The notes under the pieces are model-generated. The model saw only the letters and a list, made by a program, of their open reading frames with translations, did no database searches and was not told the origin of the DNA. A program made the translations under genes and the position numbers. A DNA stretch of 64,000 nucleotides from an uncultured Candidatus Woesearchaeota archaeon (GTDB lineage Archaea > Nanobdellota > Nanobdellia > Woesearchaeales > UBA525), in assembly GCA_963724455.1 (NCBI GenBank), contig CAVRUV010000024.1, forward strand, positions 19 to 64,018. The letters run 5' to 3'. Shown piece after piece: positions 49,023 to 59,218 of the stretch. Positions within the stretch are counted from its first letter, which is position 1; every line of letters begins with the position of its first letter.

Positions 49023-49481
49023 ATGGATGTGAAGGCTGAAAAACTCGAAAAAAGAGCTAGAACTAGAGAAGAAAAAGATTCTCAGAACAAGATTCAGAAA
49101 GAAGAATACGCTAAACGCATGCGCAATAAACGAATATTCAACTATATTATTGTAGTATTGATTGTAATTGTTATAGGCTATGCCTTTGTATTGAAATTCT
49201 GGCCTCGCGGCGCAGGATCGCATGACTCTCTTGCAATGTGCCTTACTGAAAAGGGTGTTGTAATGTATGGCACTGACTGGTGCACGCATTGTCAAGACCA
49301 GAAACAGAAATTTGATATTTCATTCAAATATGTGAACTTCATCAATTGTGATCTCAATAAAGATGCTTGTGATGCTGTAAATATTACAACTTTCCCAACT
49401 TGGGTATTTACTAAAGATTCAAGAGTATCGGGTTCACAAGAGCTTTCTTATCTTGCTGAACGAACCGGTTGCAAGGAGTGA
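49023..49481 (+). CDS. membrane-anchored thioredoxin-like protein (VKOR-associated-type Trx domain), CTHC active site
   Basis: Basic tail then TM (IFNYIIVVLIVIVIGYAFVL). VMYGTDWCTHCQDQKQKF...ITTFPTWVF. Confidence 0.7.
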   Translation: MDVKAEKLEKRARTREEKDSQNKIQKEEYAKRMRNKRIFNYIIVVLIVIVIGYAFVLKFWPRGAGSHDSLAMCLTEKGVVMYGTDWCTHCQDQKQKFDISFKYVNFINCDLNKDACDAVNITTFPTWVFTKDSRVSGSQELSYLAERTGCKE

Positions 49482-49483
49482 AT

Positions 49484-50401
49484 ATGGCGAATAACCGCAA
49501 TATTATACTATTCTTAAGCGCCATTGTCTTGTTGAATATTATTGCTATTCTTCTAATAAACAACAAACTTGCAAATGATAAGTTATCTGAATTATCTGCA
49601 TCATCAGGGTCATCTCAACAGAATGCTAATGCTCAGCAAGGAACTAAAGGAAGCATTCAAGATCCTTCAATAGCACAAGGCTCACAAGCATCAGATGCTG
49701 CAACAAACGATATTCCCGCAAGAGCAGTCATTCGCGTTCAGCCATTAGTAAAAACATATGTTATGAAAGCAACCTGCAAGAATTGCGATGATTTGTATGA
49801 TATTACAAAATATCTTAGCGCATTAAATGAGACTATCAATATGGATATATCTTATGTTACTCCTCAAGAGATCGGTATAACTCCTGCAAGATTGCCCGCA
49901 CTTTTATTCAACGAATCAATTGAACAATATCCTCCAATTATAGCTGGCTGGGAAAATAATGGCATCATTGCACCAAGTACGAAATCAACATATCCTGGAA
50001 AATGGTATGTTCTTCCTGTGTTGCACGCACCGTTTTATGATACTGCAGCAGATACTGTGCGTGGCAGAGTCAGCGTGACGTACTTGATGATGGGTTCATG
50101 CAAACAATGTTTCGATGTTCCTGGCCTACGTAGCGAATTAGAAAAAATAAATATTAAACCATATCATGAAGAGATTGTGGATGTAAGTTCTGAACGAGGA
50201 AAAACTCTTATTAGAAAATACAATATTACCGCAGTACCGACCATACTCTTAGACAATCAAGCCACATTCCATATAGAGATATTTCCAGGTTGGTATGTTG
50301 CAGGCACTGTCGAAGATGATGGCACATTAGTTTTGCGCAAGCTTGATCGAATGCATATAACATATTACGATCTTAAACACGAGCAATTAATGACTCCATA
50401 G
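49484..50401 (+). CDS. membrane-anchored protein with two CxxC-containing thioredoxin-fold-like halves
   Basis: TM IILFLSAIVLLNIIAILLI, CKNC and CKQC motifs, and the cis-Pro-type element ITAVPTILL. AGGAGTG lies 5 nt upstream of ATG 49484. Confidence 0.5.
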   Translation: MANNRNIILFLSAIVLLNIIAILLINNKLANDKLSELSASSGSSQQNANAQQGTKGSIQDPSIAQGSQASDAATNDIPARAVIRVQPLVKTYVMKATCKNCDDLYDITKYLSALNETINMDISYVTPQEIGITPARLPALLFNESIEQYPPIIAGWENNGIIAPSTKSTYPGKWYVLPVLHAPFYDTAADTVRGRVSVTYLMMGSCKQCFDVPGLRSELEKINIKPYHEEIVDVSSERGKTLIRKYNITAVPTILLDNQATFHIEIFPGWYVAGTVEDDGTLVLRKLDRMHITYYDLKHEQLMTP

Positions 50402-50480
50402 ATATAGATAAAATGTAATACAATATGATACAATATAATAAAATATGATACAATATATATGAACTGTAAATAGGTGCATT

Positions 50481-51236
50481 ATGTCAGAAAAATTACCCGA
50501 TACTAAAAAAGAATCAAAAAATGAAACAAAAGAGCAGAAACTGCACAAAGAAAAAAAAGAACATAAAGGATTAAGCGATGAGCATTGGGAAAATATTATT
50601 GCTGTACTAGTGGTTCTTTTATTAGTGAGTGGTGCAGGTTGGTGGGTATATGGTAGATTGCATCCAACTGCACCAGTAGATGCTGTTGTTCGCGTTGATA
50701 TTCCTCTAGGATTATCACCTACAATGAGTGCTGCTGATAATGGAATCATTAATGGAAGCACCAGCGTAATCGTAGTTCAATTTAGCGATTTTGAATGTTC
50801 TTATTGCGGTAAATTTGCACGCGACGATTTTCCAACAATAAAAAAAGATCTTATTGATACTGGAAAAGTAAAATTCGTTTACAAGCAGTTCCCACTATCA
50901 TCTCATCAGCAAGCAGAACTCGCAGCTGAAGCATCTGTTTGCGCAAACGATCAGGGAAAATTCTGGGAATATCACGACATGCTTTATGCACACCAGGACA
51001 AGCTTGCTTCTGAAGATCTTGAGCGTTATGCGACAGATTTGAAATTGGATGCTGTAAAATTCCACAGCTGCTTATCTACTAGGTTGCGAAGCGGTGATGT
51101 GCAGCAGGATTCAACCCTTGGAAGAAAGCTCGGGGTTACAGGAACACCAACGTTCTTCTTCAACGGAAGACCGGTGGTTGGTGCATTATCTGCTGACGAG
51201 TTTGCAGTAGAAGTAGGCAAAGAATCAGCACAATAA
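50481..51236 (+). CDS. DsbA-family thiol:disulfide oxidoreductase, membrane-anchored
   Basis: VVQFSDFECSYCGKF, QFPLSSHQQAELAAEASVCANDQGKFWEYHD, GVTGTPTFFFNG. Confidence 0.8.
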   Translation: MSEKLPDTKKESKNETKEQKLHKEKKEHKGLSDEHWENIIAVLVVLLLVSGAGWWVYGRLHPTAPVDAVVRVDIPLGLSPTMSAADNGIINGSTSVIVVQFSDFECSYCGKFARDDFPTIKKDLIDTGKVKFVYKQFPLSSHQQAELAAEASVCANDQGKFWEYHDMLYAHQDKLASEDLERYATDLKLDAVKFHSCLSTRLRSGDVQQDSTLGRKLGVTGTPTFFFNGRPVVGALSADEFAVEVGKESAQ

Positions 51237-51370
51237 ATTTGAGAAAATTGAATTAATAATTTATTTTTTATTTTATAATTTTTTATTTATAATTTTTTAT
51301 TTTAGAACATATTTTTTTAATCTATTATTTTTTTATAATTCATTTTTTAATTCTATACTTTTTTTCTAGT

Positions 51371-52702
51371 TCATTTCACCTTTGCATCTTGTTCTTGCTT
51401 TAGTTTTTGATAGAGCCATATTCTGAATTGCACCATCTCCAGTTGATCTGGATTGTTCAAGTCAGGATATTCTGGGAATATTCTCGATTGGCCAATTACT
51501 ATGCTTAATGCTTGAGAGTTTTTTATCAAAGCTCTTGCGTTAGTCATGTGATTGTCGAGAAATGCTGGTCTGAAAATTGGAAATGCAAGGTACATATCGT
51601 CCAATGTTATTTTTCCAAATATGTTATTATCATTTATTTCGCTCAACATATTGTCTGAAGATAAGTTTTTGTAAAGCTCCATATCAACAATATTCATTTT
51701 GCTCACTTGCTTGTATACTTTAAATTCCGCATAATAGGTAGTAATTTCCATAACATGTTTTGTAAGAACCATTCTTTCTATACGATTCATATTTTCAGTC
51801 ATGAAACTTTCAATGAGTCTGTCATTAAAGAAATCTTCTCGCACTCCTTTCTTCTCGTATCTAGTTATCTTCATTTCTTGTATGCTTTTTGTTTCAATAA
51901 GAAGTTTTTCTCGAAGATATGCATTCGGCAATAACGTATTTTCTTCTTGCAGGCTTACTAGTTGTGCAGTGAGCTCGGAATCTATCTTATCGAACTCCTG
52001 CAGTTTATCTCCTGCATAAGTAGTTGCTATTTGTTCAGCATAATATACTATTCCTGTAAGCAGAATAAATGAGATTATTGCAGCGCATCCAGCAATGATG
52101 AATGCGCGTTTGATGTGAGGATCTTTTTTATCAAATAGCGAGCGAAGATTTGTGTAGATCAGTTCAATTGTCATAAGATATATGCCAAAGCTAATGCTCA
52201 TGATTATGATCATCGTGCTGATATATATCGAAGGTCCCGTGATTATTCTTATTGCAAGCAAGAACCAAGCGACAATTCCTACTGCAGTAATGCTTGCAAT
52301 TACCAGATAGAAAATTGCGTGCAGTTTTGGATGGTGATGTTTGATTGCGAGCTGATAGAGTATGACCACAAATAATATTATTGCACCTATGATGCATAGG
52401 CTTGGTATAATTATGTTTGATAATATAGTGCTAGTACTTGCTTTGCTGTAATCAAATGCAATGCCGATTTTGTTGTTTAGTACGTTTGGTGTAGAAATAA
52501 TTAGCAAAAATAATCCTAATACTGCTGTAATGAACAAATTAATGTATGTTATTGGCAGTTTGTTTATTGTCGGAGGATTACGTGCGCTTGCAATTGCTTT
52601 TTTCGCATCATTTGCAGTCCATCCGTCTTCAATAAGATTTTTTTCTATATCACTATCTTTTTTGCCAGCCTCTATTTGCCGCATGACCCAACCATCTTTC
52701 AT
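51371..52702 (-). CDS. polytopic membrane protein of unknown function
   Basis: 443 aa: a soluble N-terminal ~50 aa, about 6 TM segments, then a ~200-aa soluble C-terminal region. Confidence 0.45.
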   Translation of the reverse strand: MKDGWVMRQIEAGKKDSDIEKNLIEDGWTANDAKKAIASARNPPTINKLPITYINLFITAVLGLFLLIISTPNVLNNKIGIAFDYSKASTSTILSNIIIPSLCIIGAIILFVVILYQLAIKHHHPKLHAIFYLVIASITAVGIVAWFLLAIRIITGPSIYISTMIIIMSISFGIYLMTIELIYTNLRSLFDKKDPHIKRAFIIAGCAAIISFILLTGIVYYAEQIATTYAGDKLQEFDKIDSELTAQLVSLQEENTLLPNAYLREKLLIETKSIQEMKITRYEKKGVREDFFNDRLIESFMTENMNRIERMVLTKHVMEITTYYAEFKVYKQVSKMNIVDMELYKNLSSDNMLSEINDNNIFGKITLDDMYLAFPIFRPAFLDNHMTNARALIKNSQALSIVIGQSRIFPEYPDLNNPDQLEMVQFRIWLYQKLKQEQDAKVK

Positions 52703-52753
52703 AATGGTTTTTTGATGAGAGGATATTTAAAGTCTTCTTGCCAGGTTGTTCTT

Positions 52754-53635
52754 ATGAGAGAGGTGGGCGGCGTCGTAATAGGCGTCGATATAGGCGGAAC
52801 GAAAATGGCCGCAGGCATTGTTCGCAATGGTGAAGTTCTTCGTAAGATGCAAGTAAAGACTGGTGCTAATGAAGGACAGAATTATGTCGTCGGCCAATTG
52901 CGTGCATTGATTGTTGGTGTTGCAGCTGGCGATCCAATTGAAAAAGTCTGCATTGGCGTTCCAGGACAATTTTTTGGCACCAAAATAATTAATCTTCCAA
53001 ATATTCCTTGCCTAACCGGTCTTGATATGAAACAAGCATTGTTGCCGGTTATCGAAGATGCAGATGTCATAATTGAAAATGATGCACGTTGTTTTACTCT
53101 TGCTGAACACGCGTGTGGTGCAGGAAAAAATTGTAAGAATATTATCGGCATAACTCTCGGCACCGGTGTTGGTGCAGGTATCATAATCAATAATTCTCTT
53201 TATTGCGGATCTCATGGTTTTGCTGGAGAAATAGGGCATGAAATAATCGATATTTCAATTGATTCATTCAAGTCTGGTGCTGGTGATTGGGAACGTATAG
53301 TGAGCGGTAGTGCGATTGCAAGTGAGTATCAAGCAGCAGGAGGAAAACCTGAATTGGTGTCAGAATTATGGGGCGAACAATCAGCTCTTGCAAAAGCTGT
53401 TCGTCAGGATATAGTAAAAAAACTTGCAATATTCTCGGCAAACATAATTATAATATTCGATCCTGATGTTATAGTCTTTGGCGGCGGTGCAGCGAATGCA
53501 GAGATGATAGATGCAGTGAATGCATTGCTTCCGCAGTATGGTGCGCGTCCAATTGTAAAACTCTGCGTGTTGCGCTCGGATGCGGGCATTTTAGGTGCAT
53601 GCATTGCTGGTGGAGAAATTGTAGATAATTGTTGA
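52754..53635 (+). CDS. ROK-family sugar kinase (glucokinase-like)
   Basis: VIGVDIGGTKMAAGIV, ENDARCFTLAE, GTGVGAGIIINNSLYCGSHGFAGEIGHE. ATG 52754 is preferred because the longer ORF overlaps the convergent gene. Confidence 0.75.
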   Translation: MREVGGVVIGVDIGGTKMAAGIVRNGEVLRKMQVKTGANEGQNYVVGQLRALIVGVAAGDPIEKVCIGVPGQFFGTKIINLPNIPCLTGLDMKQALLPVIEDADVIIENDARCFTLAEHACGAGKNCKNIIGITLGTGVGAGIIINNSLYCGSHGFAGEIGHEIIDISIDSFKSGAGDWERIVSGSAIASEYQAAGGKPELVSELWGEQSALAKAVRQDIVKKLAIFSANIIIIFDPDVIVFGGGAANAEMIDAVNALLPQYGARPIVKLCVLRSDAGILGACIAGGEIVDNC

Positions 53636-54023
53636 TGAACAGTTCATAGTTTGTTATTGTCAGTTTTTTTGTCGTTAGAATAATTGTTGTTAGAATAATT
53701 TTTGTGTTGCGTTGTTGTCTATTTCTCAGAAAGTTAGTTAGGATTTAATTATTAGTTTTAGTTTAGTTGTTTTAGTTTAGTTATTAGTTTTTATGTGTAG
53801 ATGATTTTTAGGTTTAGGATTTTCATTTTTTCGAGTGATATTCTACTTTTTGCGCGGAGCATTGTTCATCGTCCCTCTGAAGTTTTATAAAAAATTGTCT
53901 GCATCAATCGACAATTTTTTCGGGTTTTGCTCCAAGGCGCTCACTATTACTCCATTAACCATATGTTTCTTCCACTAGATTTATAAACCGATGCTCGGAA
54001 AATAGTATTGGTGGATTAGTATC

Positions 54024-55985
54024 ATGGTGTTCCTTCCTGGAATGTTTGGCCCTAGCGGATTTTTATCAAGCTTTTTCCTAAAGCCGGAAAACATTTTAGT
54101 AGCTCTAGCTCTTATCATTCCACTTATCCTGTTATATCTAATACGGCCTAAGCCAAAGAATGTAGCAATTCCTAGTTTGATGTTCGTCATGAAGGATCTT
54201 GGCAGGAGCCACATCAGAAGGTTCTTTCACACAATATTCAGAGATATTCTATTATTATTGCAAGTATTAATCATTTTATTGATTGGCGCGGCTTTAGCTA
54301 AGCCATTCATCAATGTCAGTCAAGAATCTCTTGTACATCAAGCCATTGTTGTAGTCGATGTTAGTGCGAGTGCGCGAGCATTTAACGATGCGCGATTTGA
54401 TGAGATTATATCGAGTGCAAAAGATAGTCTTTCTTCAGAAAACGTAATCATAGTGGCAAGAACATCCCCTGTCGCTCTTGAAGTGAGCGGGGACCCGAAG
54501 CTTAGCGCTAGCAGAGCTAAAGGCCTTCTTAACGATCTTACTCCGACAGACATGGATGGCGATTTGCCAAGTGCATTAGATCTTGCAGCACAATATGTAG
54601 GTCCTCAGACAAAAGTCACTATCATTAGCGATTTCGTTTTGTCGAGAGCAGAAAGCAAGGAATTAATCGAAGCAAAGATTAAAGTCTTGCGAAGCAAGGG
54701 CGCAATCGTTGAAGTAAAGACAATAGGAAAACCTGGAAAGAACATTGGAATTGTTGACGCTGCAGTGAGTGCGCAGAACGCAACAGTTGCTCTTAAGATA
54801 CAAAATTTCAATTCCGGTCCTGAAGAATTCAGCTTGGAATACAACGGCGACAAGATATCGTTGCCAAAAAATATCCTTGCAAAATACGGTGATCCAGGAA
54901 GTCTTATTGTAGTCAATGTCCCATTGGTGCACGGTAAATCAGAGATTCGCCTAAAGCCAGATGATGATTTCATGACTGATAATCATTATTATATTAGCTT
55001 GCCAGATGAAAGTGCAATAAACATTTTGCTGATTTCAAATGATCCTGCTGTCGAGCAGAGCAGACTAATTCCTGCAATCAAAGCAGCAGGCGATCAGTTC
55101 ACGACAGTTAATATCGAATATGCCGCCCCGCCAAAGATTCCCGATTTAAACCATCGAGTCTACATACTAAAAGATATCAATACCGATTTTATCTTGCCGG
55201 GCGTTATTCGTGATTTGCAAGAAAAAGTATCTAATGGCGCAGTCCTTGTTGTTTATGGACAACCAAATCTCTTTGCAGTAAATTTCCAAGGCATACTTCC
55301 TGTTGCGCCAAAAGATATCCCTCCACTAGGTGGACGTCAGGAAATCCTGGTCAATTCAAGCCTTGGTTTATTTAGGGGCATTCAAGATGTCGGACAAGTC
55401 GATGGTTCGCAATTGCAACGCGTGCGTCTAGCTGAAGATTCGGTAATGCAAGCGTATGTTCAAACAAACGATGGTCTTGAACCGGTAATTGCACATAAGC
55501 GCATCGGCAAAGGAGTTGTTATTTATTACGGTATCAAGGATCAAAAGGCAGCAGATATTGATACGAATGCATATGTTATATTGTGGGGAAGAATAATCGA
55601 TTACAGCATTCCCGATGTAAGAGCAATAAATATTGCAACAGGCAATGTTCTTAATGTACCGGGGAAAACTATTTCTACACCATTCGGAAAGCACGCATCA
55701 CCTGTTATGGCGTCGCAATCAGGATTTTATTATACTCCGCTCGCAATTGCTGCAAATCTATATTCTTTGCGCATGGATGGAACTCAAGATACAAAAGATA
55801 TCTCGATAAATTATGAGAGTGCAATAAATGATCCTGCAATAATATTGACGGGCGATGGTATTTTGGCTTCATCTACAAAAGAAGAAGTTAAATTACCATA
55901 CGAACTTACTACAATAATAATTATTCTTGCTGGTGTTCTACTATTATTCGAATTATTGTATATCAAGCTCAGAGGTGATCTCTGA
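54024..55985 (+). CDS. BatA-type N-terminal double-TM protein with a VWA-like region and a C-terminal TM
   Basis: ILVALALIIPLILLYLIRPKPKNVAIPSLMFV fits the aerotolerance-regulator N-terminal domain pattern. IVVVDVSASARAF is MIDAS-like. C-terminal TM IIIILAGVLLLFELLYI. Confidence 0.55.
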   Translation: MVFLPGMFGPSGFLSSFFLKPENILVALALIIPLILLYLIRPKPKNVAIPSLMFVMKDLGRSHIRRFFHTIFRDILLLLQVLIILLIGAALAKPFINVSQESLVHQAIVVVDVSASARAFNDARFDEIISSAKDSLSSENVIIVARTSPVALEVSGDPKLSASRAKGLLNDLTPTDMDGDLPSALDLAAQYVGPQTKVTIISDFVLSRAESKELIEAKIKVLRSKGAIVEVKTIGKPGKNIGIVDAAVSAQNATVALKIQNFNSGPEEFSLEYNGDKISLPKNILAKYGDPGSLIVVNVPLVHGKSEIRLKPDDDFMTDNHYYISLPDESAINILLISNDPAVEQSRLIPAIKAAGDQFTTVNIEYAAPPKIPDLNHRVYILKDINTDFILPGVIRDLQEKVSNGAVLVVYGQPNLFAVNFQGILPVAPKDIPPLGGRQEILVNSSLGLFRGIQDVGQVDGSQLQRVRLAEDSVMQAYVQTNDGLEPVIAHKRIGKGVVIYYGIKDQKAADIDTNAYVILWGRIIDYSIPDVRAINIATGNVLNVPGKTISTPFGKHASPVMASQSGFYYTPLAIAANLYSLRMDGTQDTKDISINYESAINDPAIILTGDGILASSTKEEVKLPYELTTIIIILAGVLLLFELLYIKLRGDL

Positions 55986-58546
55986 TGCAAATAATTGATT
56001 ATATCAGTTCACAATGGCAATCCTTTGCCGCAGGATTTAAGCATCCAGTTTTCTTATGGGCAATTCCTATATTGTTCCTATTTATTTTAATCCTAATAAC
56101 AAGAAATTTTGTTCGCTACAGCATGGATGAGCAGAGTAGAGCTAGACTACGAAAAATGCGTGTCTTTGTGTTCTTCATGCGTTTTATTGCAATCAGCCTA
56201 ATTTGCATTGCGCTTGCAGCACCATTTACTGAAATAACAAAAGAGCAAGATGGTGATCCGCATGCAACAATTTTAGTGGACAAAAGTGGCAGCATGAGTG
56301 CGTACGATATGGGTTTTGTAAAAAAATTAAGTTCAGACCTTAACGCACAATTACCGACGAGCATAAAAGAGTTCGGAAGCGAACAAGAAAGCCCTGTCGG
56401 CGATGCAATTTTAGGACAAGATACGCACGTGCTAATAATTTCCGATGGACACCCAACTACTGGTGTTAGCCTGTTAGATGTTGCGCAAGTGATGCGCGAG
56501 AACAATCGCAGTTTGAGCATGATATCAATGCGTCCATTGCATGATGATACTGCAGTCTATATCGATGCACCAGAAACAGTGCCCATAGGATATCCAACAA
56601 CTATTACTGTAGATGTTACAGGCATTATTCCTAAAGCAGTTCCTCTTGTTGTAGAAATCGACGGTAAAGTTGTATATAGCGCTGCAGCAATAGGAAAACT
56701 AGAATTCAAACCAGTATTTGGTACTGGATACCATAAAATCTCTGCAAAAATAAATAGCCCTGATGCTAATCAAGAAAATAACGAATTCTATCGTGTTATT
56801 CAAGTCCTTGACAAACCAAAAATCCTTGTGCTTGCTAAGCAAAACGGTCAATTTGAACAAGCGCTTTCAGGAATATTTGATGTTACAGTAGCACCATCAT
56901 TACCTGATAATATCGATTCTCTTTCACAATACTATGCAATAGTTATTGATGATACTCCTGCTAACAAGATAGGCAATACAAAACTGCTTACTGAATTCTT
57001 GCGTGATGAACGCGGCGGAAAGTACGGTGCAGGCCTTGTTGTTGTCGGTGGATTCAATAGTTTTGATCGCGGTGGTTATGGTGGAACGCAGCTTGAAGCA
57101 TTGCTTCCAGTAAAAACCGGAAAGGCAAAAAGATCGCTTGGCGACAACAACATAGTATTCATAATCCAAGTATCCGGAAGTACTTCCGGTAAGCGCATCG
57201 AGTTGAATGCTGATGGAACACAACGCGAAGTTGTTGATACTGTCGCAACGATTGATGTCATCAAGGCACAAGCAGTCTCTGCAATCAATAGCCTTAATTT
57301 GAAAAATAATGTCGGTGTCGTTGCGTTCGGTATTAAGACTGGCGGCGATGTAACGAGCGCGCAACAAGCGCTTGGCGACAGTGTTGTTATTATTTCCGAT
57401 GTAAAACCTCTTTATAGCAATAAACAAGATTTGACAGATAAGATTCCTAGAATTACGGGTGGCGGAACAACAGCGCCGGATATAGCAATCAAGACTGCAG
57501 TTGATATGTTAAAAGATAAAGAGGGTGATAAGACAATTATCTTGTTAACAAACGGCAGGTTCAGCGCAGGCCTTACTGGTGGCGACGATGTTCCTACAAA
57601 AGCAAATACTTTAGCCCTTATTGATAATGCAAAGAAACGCTACAATATCAAGACGCAAACACTCGGTGTTGGGTCAGCTGACGATAAAGTGTTTGCTTCA
57701 AAAGTAGATGAGGAATTCCTAAGAAAAGCAGCAACCATCGGCGATTCAACTTATGATCGCGCAACAAACATGATGAGCCTCATCGTAAAGTATGGTGATC
57801 CAAAAGAAAAAGGCTTTGGCGAGAACTTTGTATTAGTTCCTCTAAGTCTTACGCACTTTATTACAAAAGATGTTGTGCTGGATGCTATTCTCAACGGATA
57901 CAATGAAGTTGCTCCAAAAGAAGGATCTCGCATGTTAGTATCTACTGACAGCGGAACTCCAGCAGTTACTGTATGGAATTACTTCAACGGTAGAGTCGCA
58001 ACAGTAACTGTCTTTACAGCAAACGGTCTTGGGCCATTGCTTGAAGGCAACAATAGCGATCTGTTGCGAAATACTGTTTTGTGGGCAGTAGGAGATCCGA
58101 CGAGAAAACAAGAAGTATCTATTCGCATTCCTGCGGCAATTGTGAGAAGACCTGCTGAAGCAGTCTTTGTTAGTAAACAGCCAGTAAATGGCGATTGCAA
58201 AGATACACCATTGCAGTTTGAACGTTCAAGTGCAGATTCATACTTATTCAGTTTCACACCTAAGACAGTTGGCTTTGGTACTGCTTGCGGTGTACCTTAT
58301 GCAGTTAATATTGCGCCGGAGCAATGGCGCGTAGGCATTAACGAAGACTTGAAAACTGCCGTTGGTGTAACAAATGGCGGTGTTTTTGAACCAGAGCAAG
58401 TCGATTTGATAACTGAGCGCATTAAGACGGTAAGCAAGAAGGTTACTGTAGAAAAGACAGAACTTCGAAATCCATTCCTGCTCATTGCAGTTTTATTATT
58501 CCTCCTTGAGATATTCGTCAGAAGACTGGTGCAGTATCAGAGATGA
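55985..58546 (+). CDS. large VWA-domain membrane protein (BatB-like)
   Basis: N-terminal double TM. MIDAS ILVDKSGSMS...ISDG, and a second VWA-like block (IIQVSGSTSG ... GGGTTAPD ... ILLTNG). C-terminal TM. The start overlaps the upstream stop (TGATG). Confidence 0.65.
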   Translation: MQIIDYISSQWQSFAAGFKHPVFLWAIPILFLFILILITRNFVRYSMDEQSRARLRKMRVFVFFMRFIAISLICIALAAPFTEITKEQDGDPHATILVDKSGSMSAYDMGFVKKLSSDLNAQLPTSIKEFGSEQESPVGDAILGQDTHVLIISDGHPTTGVSLLDVAQVMRENNRSLSMISMRPLHDDTAVYIDAPETVPIGYPTTITVDVTGIIPKAVPLVVEIDGKVVYSAAAIGKLEFKPVFGTGYHKISAKINSPDANQENNEFYRVIQVLDKPKILVLAKQNGQFEQALSGIFDVTVAPSLPDNIDSLSQYYAIVIDDTPANKIGNTKLLTEFLRDERGGKYGAGLVVVGGFNSFDRGGYGGTQLEALLPVKTGKAKRSLGDNNIVFIIQVSGSTSGKRIELNADGTQREVVDTVATIDVIKAQAVSAINSLNLKNNVGVVAFGIKTGGDVTSAQQALGDSVVIISDVKPLYSNKQDLTDKIPRITGGGTTAPDIAIKTAVDMLKDKEGDKTIILLTNGRFSAGLTGGDDVPTKANTLALIDNAKKRYNIKTQTLGVGSADDKVFASKVDEEFLRKAATIGDSTYDRATNMMSLIVKYGDPKEKGFGENFVLVPLSLTHFITKDVVLDAILNGYNEVAPKEGSRMLVSTDSGTPAVTVWNYFNGRVATVTVFTANGLGPLLEGNNSDLLRNTVLWAVGDPTRKQEVSIRIPAAIVRRPAEAVFVSKQPVNGDCKDTPLQFERSSADSYLFSFTPKTVGFGTACGVPYAVNIAPEQWRVGINEDLKTAVGVTNGGVFEPEQVDLITERIKTVSKKVTVEKTELRNPFLLIAVLLFLLEIFVRRLVQYQR

Positions 58547-58558
58547 AATAGAACAATT

Positions 58559-58612
58559 CAAATATTAAACAAATATTAACAGATATTAAACAAATATTAA
58601 ACAAATATTAGA
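58559..58612. repeat. about five tandem copies of an ~11-bp unit CAAATATTAAA
   Basis: caaatattaaa caaatattaaca gatattaaa caaatattaaa caaatattaga, directly upstream of the ORF at 58631. Confidence 0.8.
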
Positions 58613-58630
58613 TAAAAAGAAGTGAATATT

Positions 58631-59125
58631 ATGGCATCCTACCTAGGTCGAAACGTAAATCTCGCATTGCTCGTTATCATAATCGGCGTTATTGTAGCGC
58701 TTGTTGGAACAACAGTGTTTTTTCAAAGAAGCTTGCAGAATAGAACGCAAGAGTATGAAAGTACTACTGGAACACTATCAGAGTGCCAAGTAGCGCTCGC
58801 CAACTACCAAGATAAGTTTACACAAGCAACGCAGCAAGTCAATAAGACTGCGCAGGATATTAGAAAGTATGATCAGTTGTATGAACAGCGTACTGGCGAA
58901 CTAAAGGATACTCAGACACAATTAGATAATGCACAAAAACAATCCATTGTAGAGCGTCAACGAGGAGATAGCCTGCAGACTAGTTTGACTCAGGAGATGG
59001 ATTCGAATAGACAGCTTAATTCAACAGTAAATAGTTTAACTCAGCAATTGAGCTCTTTAGATAGTAAATTAAGAAACATCTGTCGACAATGTAGTTCAAG
59101 CGGTGGAGCCTGTTCGTCTTGTTGA
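58631..59125 (+). CDS. single-TM coiled-coil protein with a C-terminal Cys cluster
   Basis: TM LALLVIIIGVIVALVGTTVFF, a Gln-rich heptad-like region, and C-terminal CRQCSSSGGACSSC. Confidence 0.5.
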   Translation: MASYLGRNVNLALLVIIIGVIVALVGTTVFFQRSLQNRTQEYESTTGTLSECQVALANYQDKFTQATQQVNKTAQDIRKYDQLYEQRTGELKDTQTQLDNAQKQSIVERQRGDSLQTSLTQEMDSNRQLNSTVNSLTQQLSSLDSKLRNICRQCSSSGGACSSC

Positions 59126-59218
59126 CGATAGTTAAGCAGTGATCTAAAATAATAAACAAAATAAAATAATAAACTAAACCAAAAAAATAAAATAAAACAA
59201 AAAAGAGGATAAAGAGAT

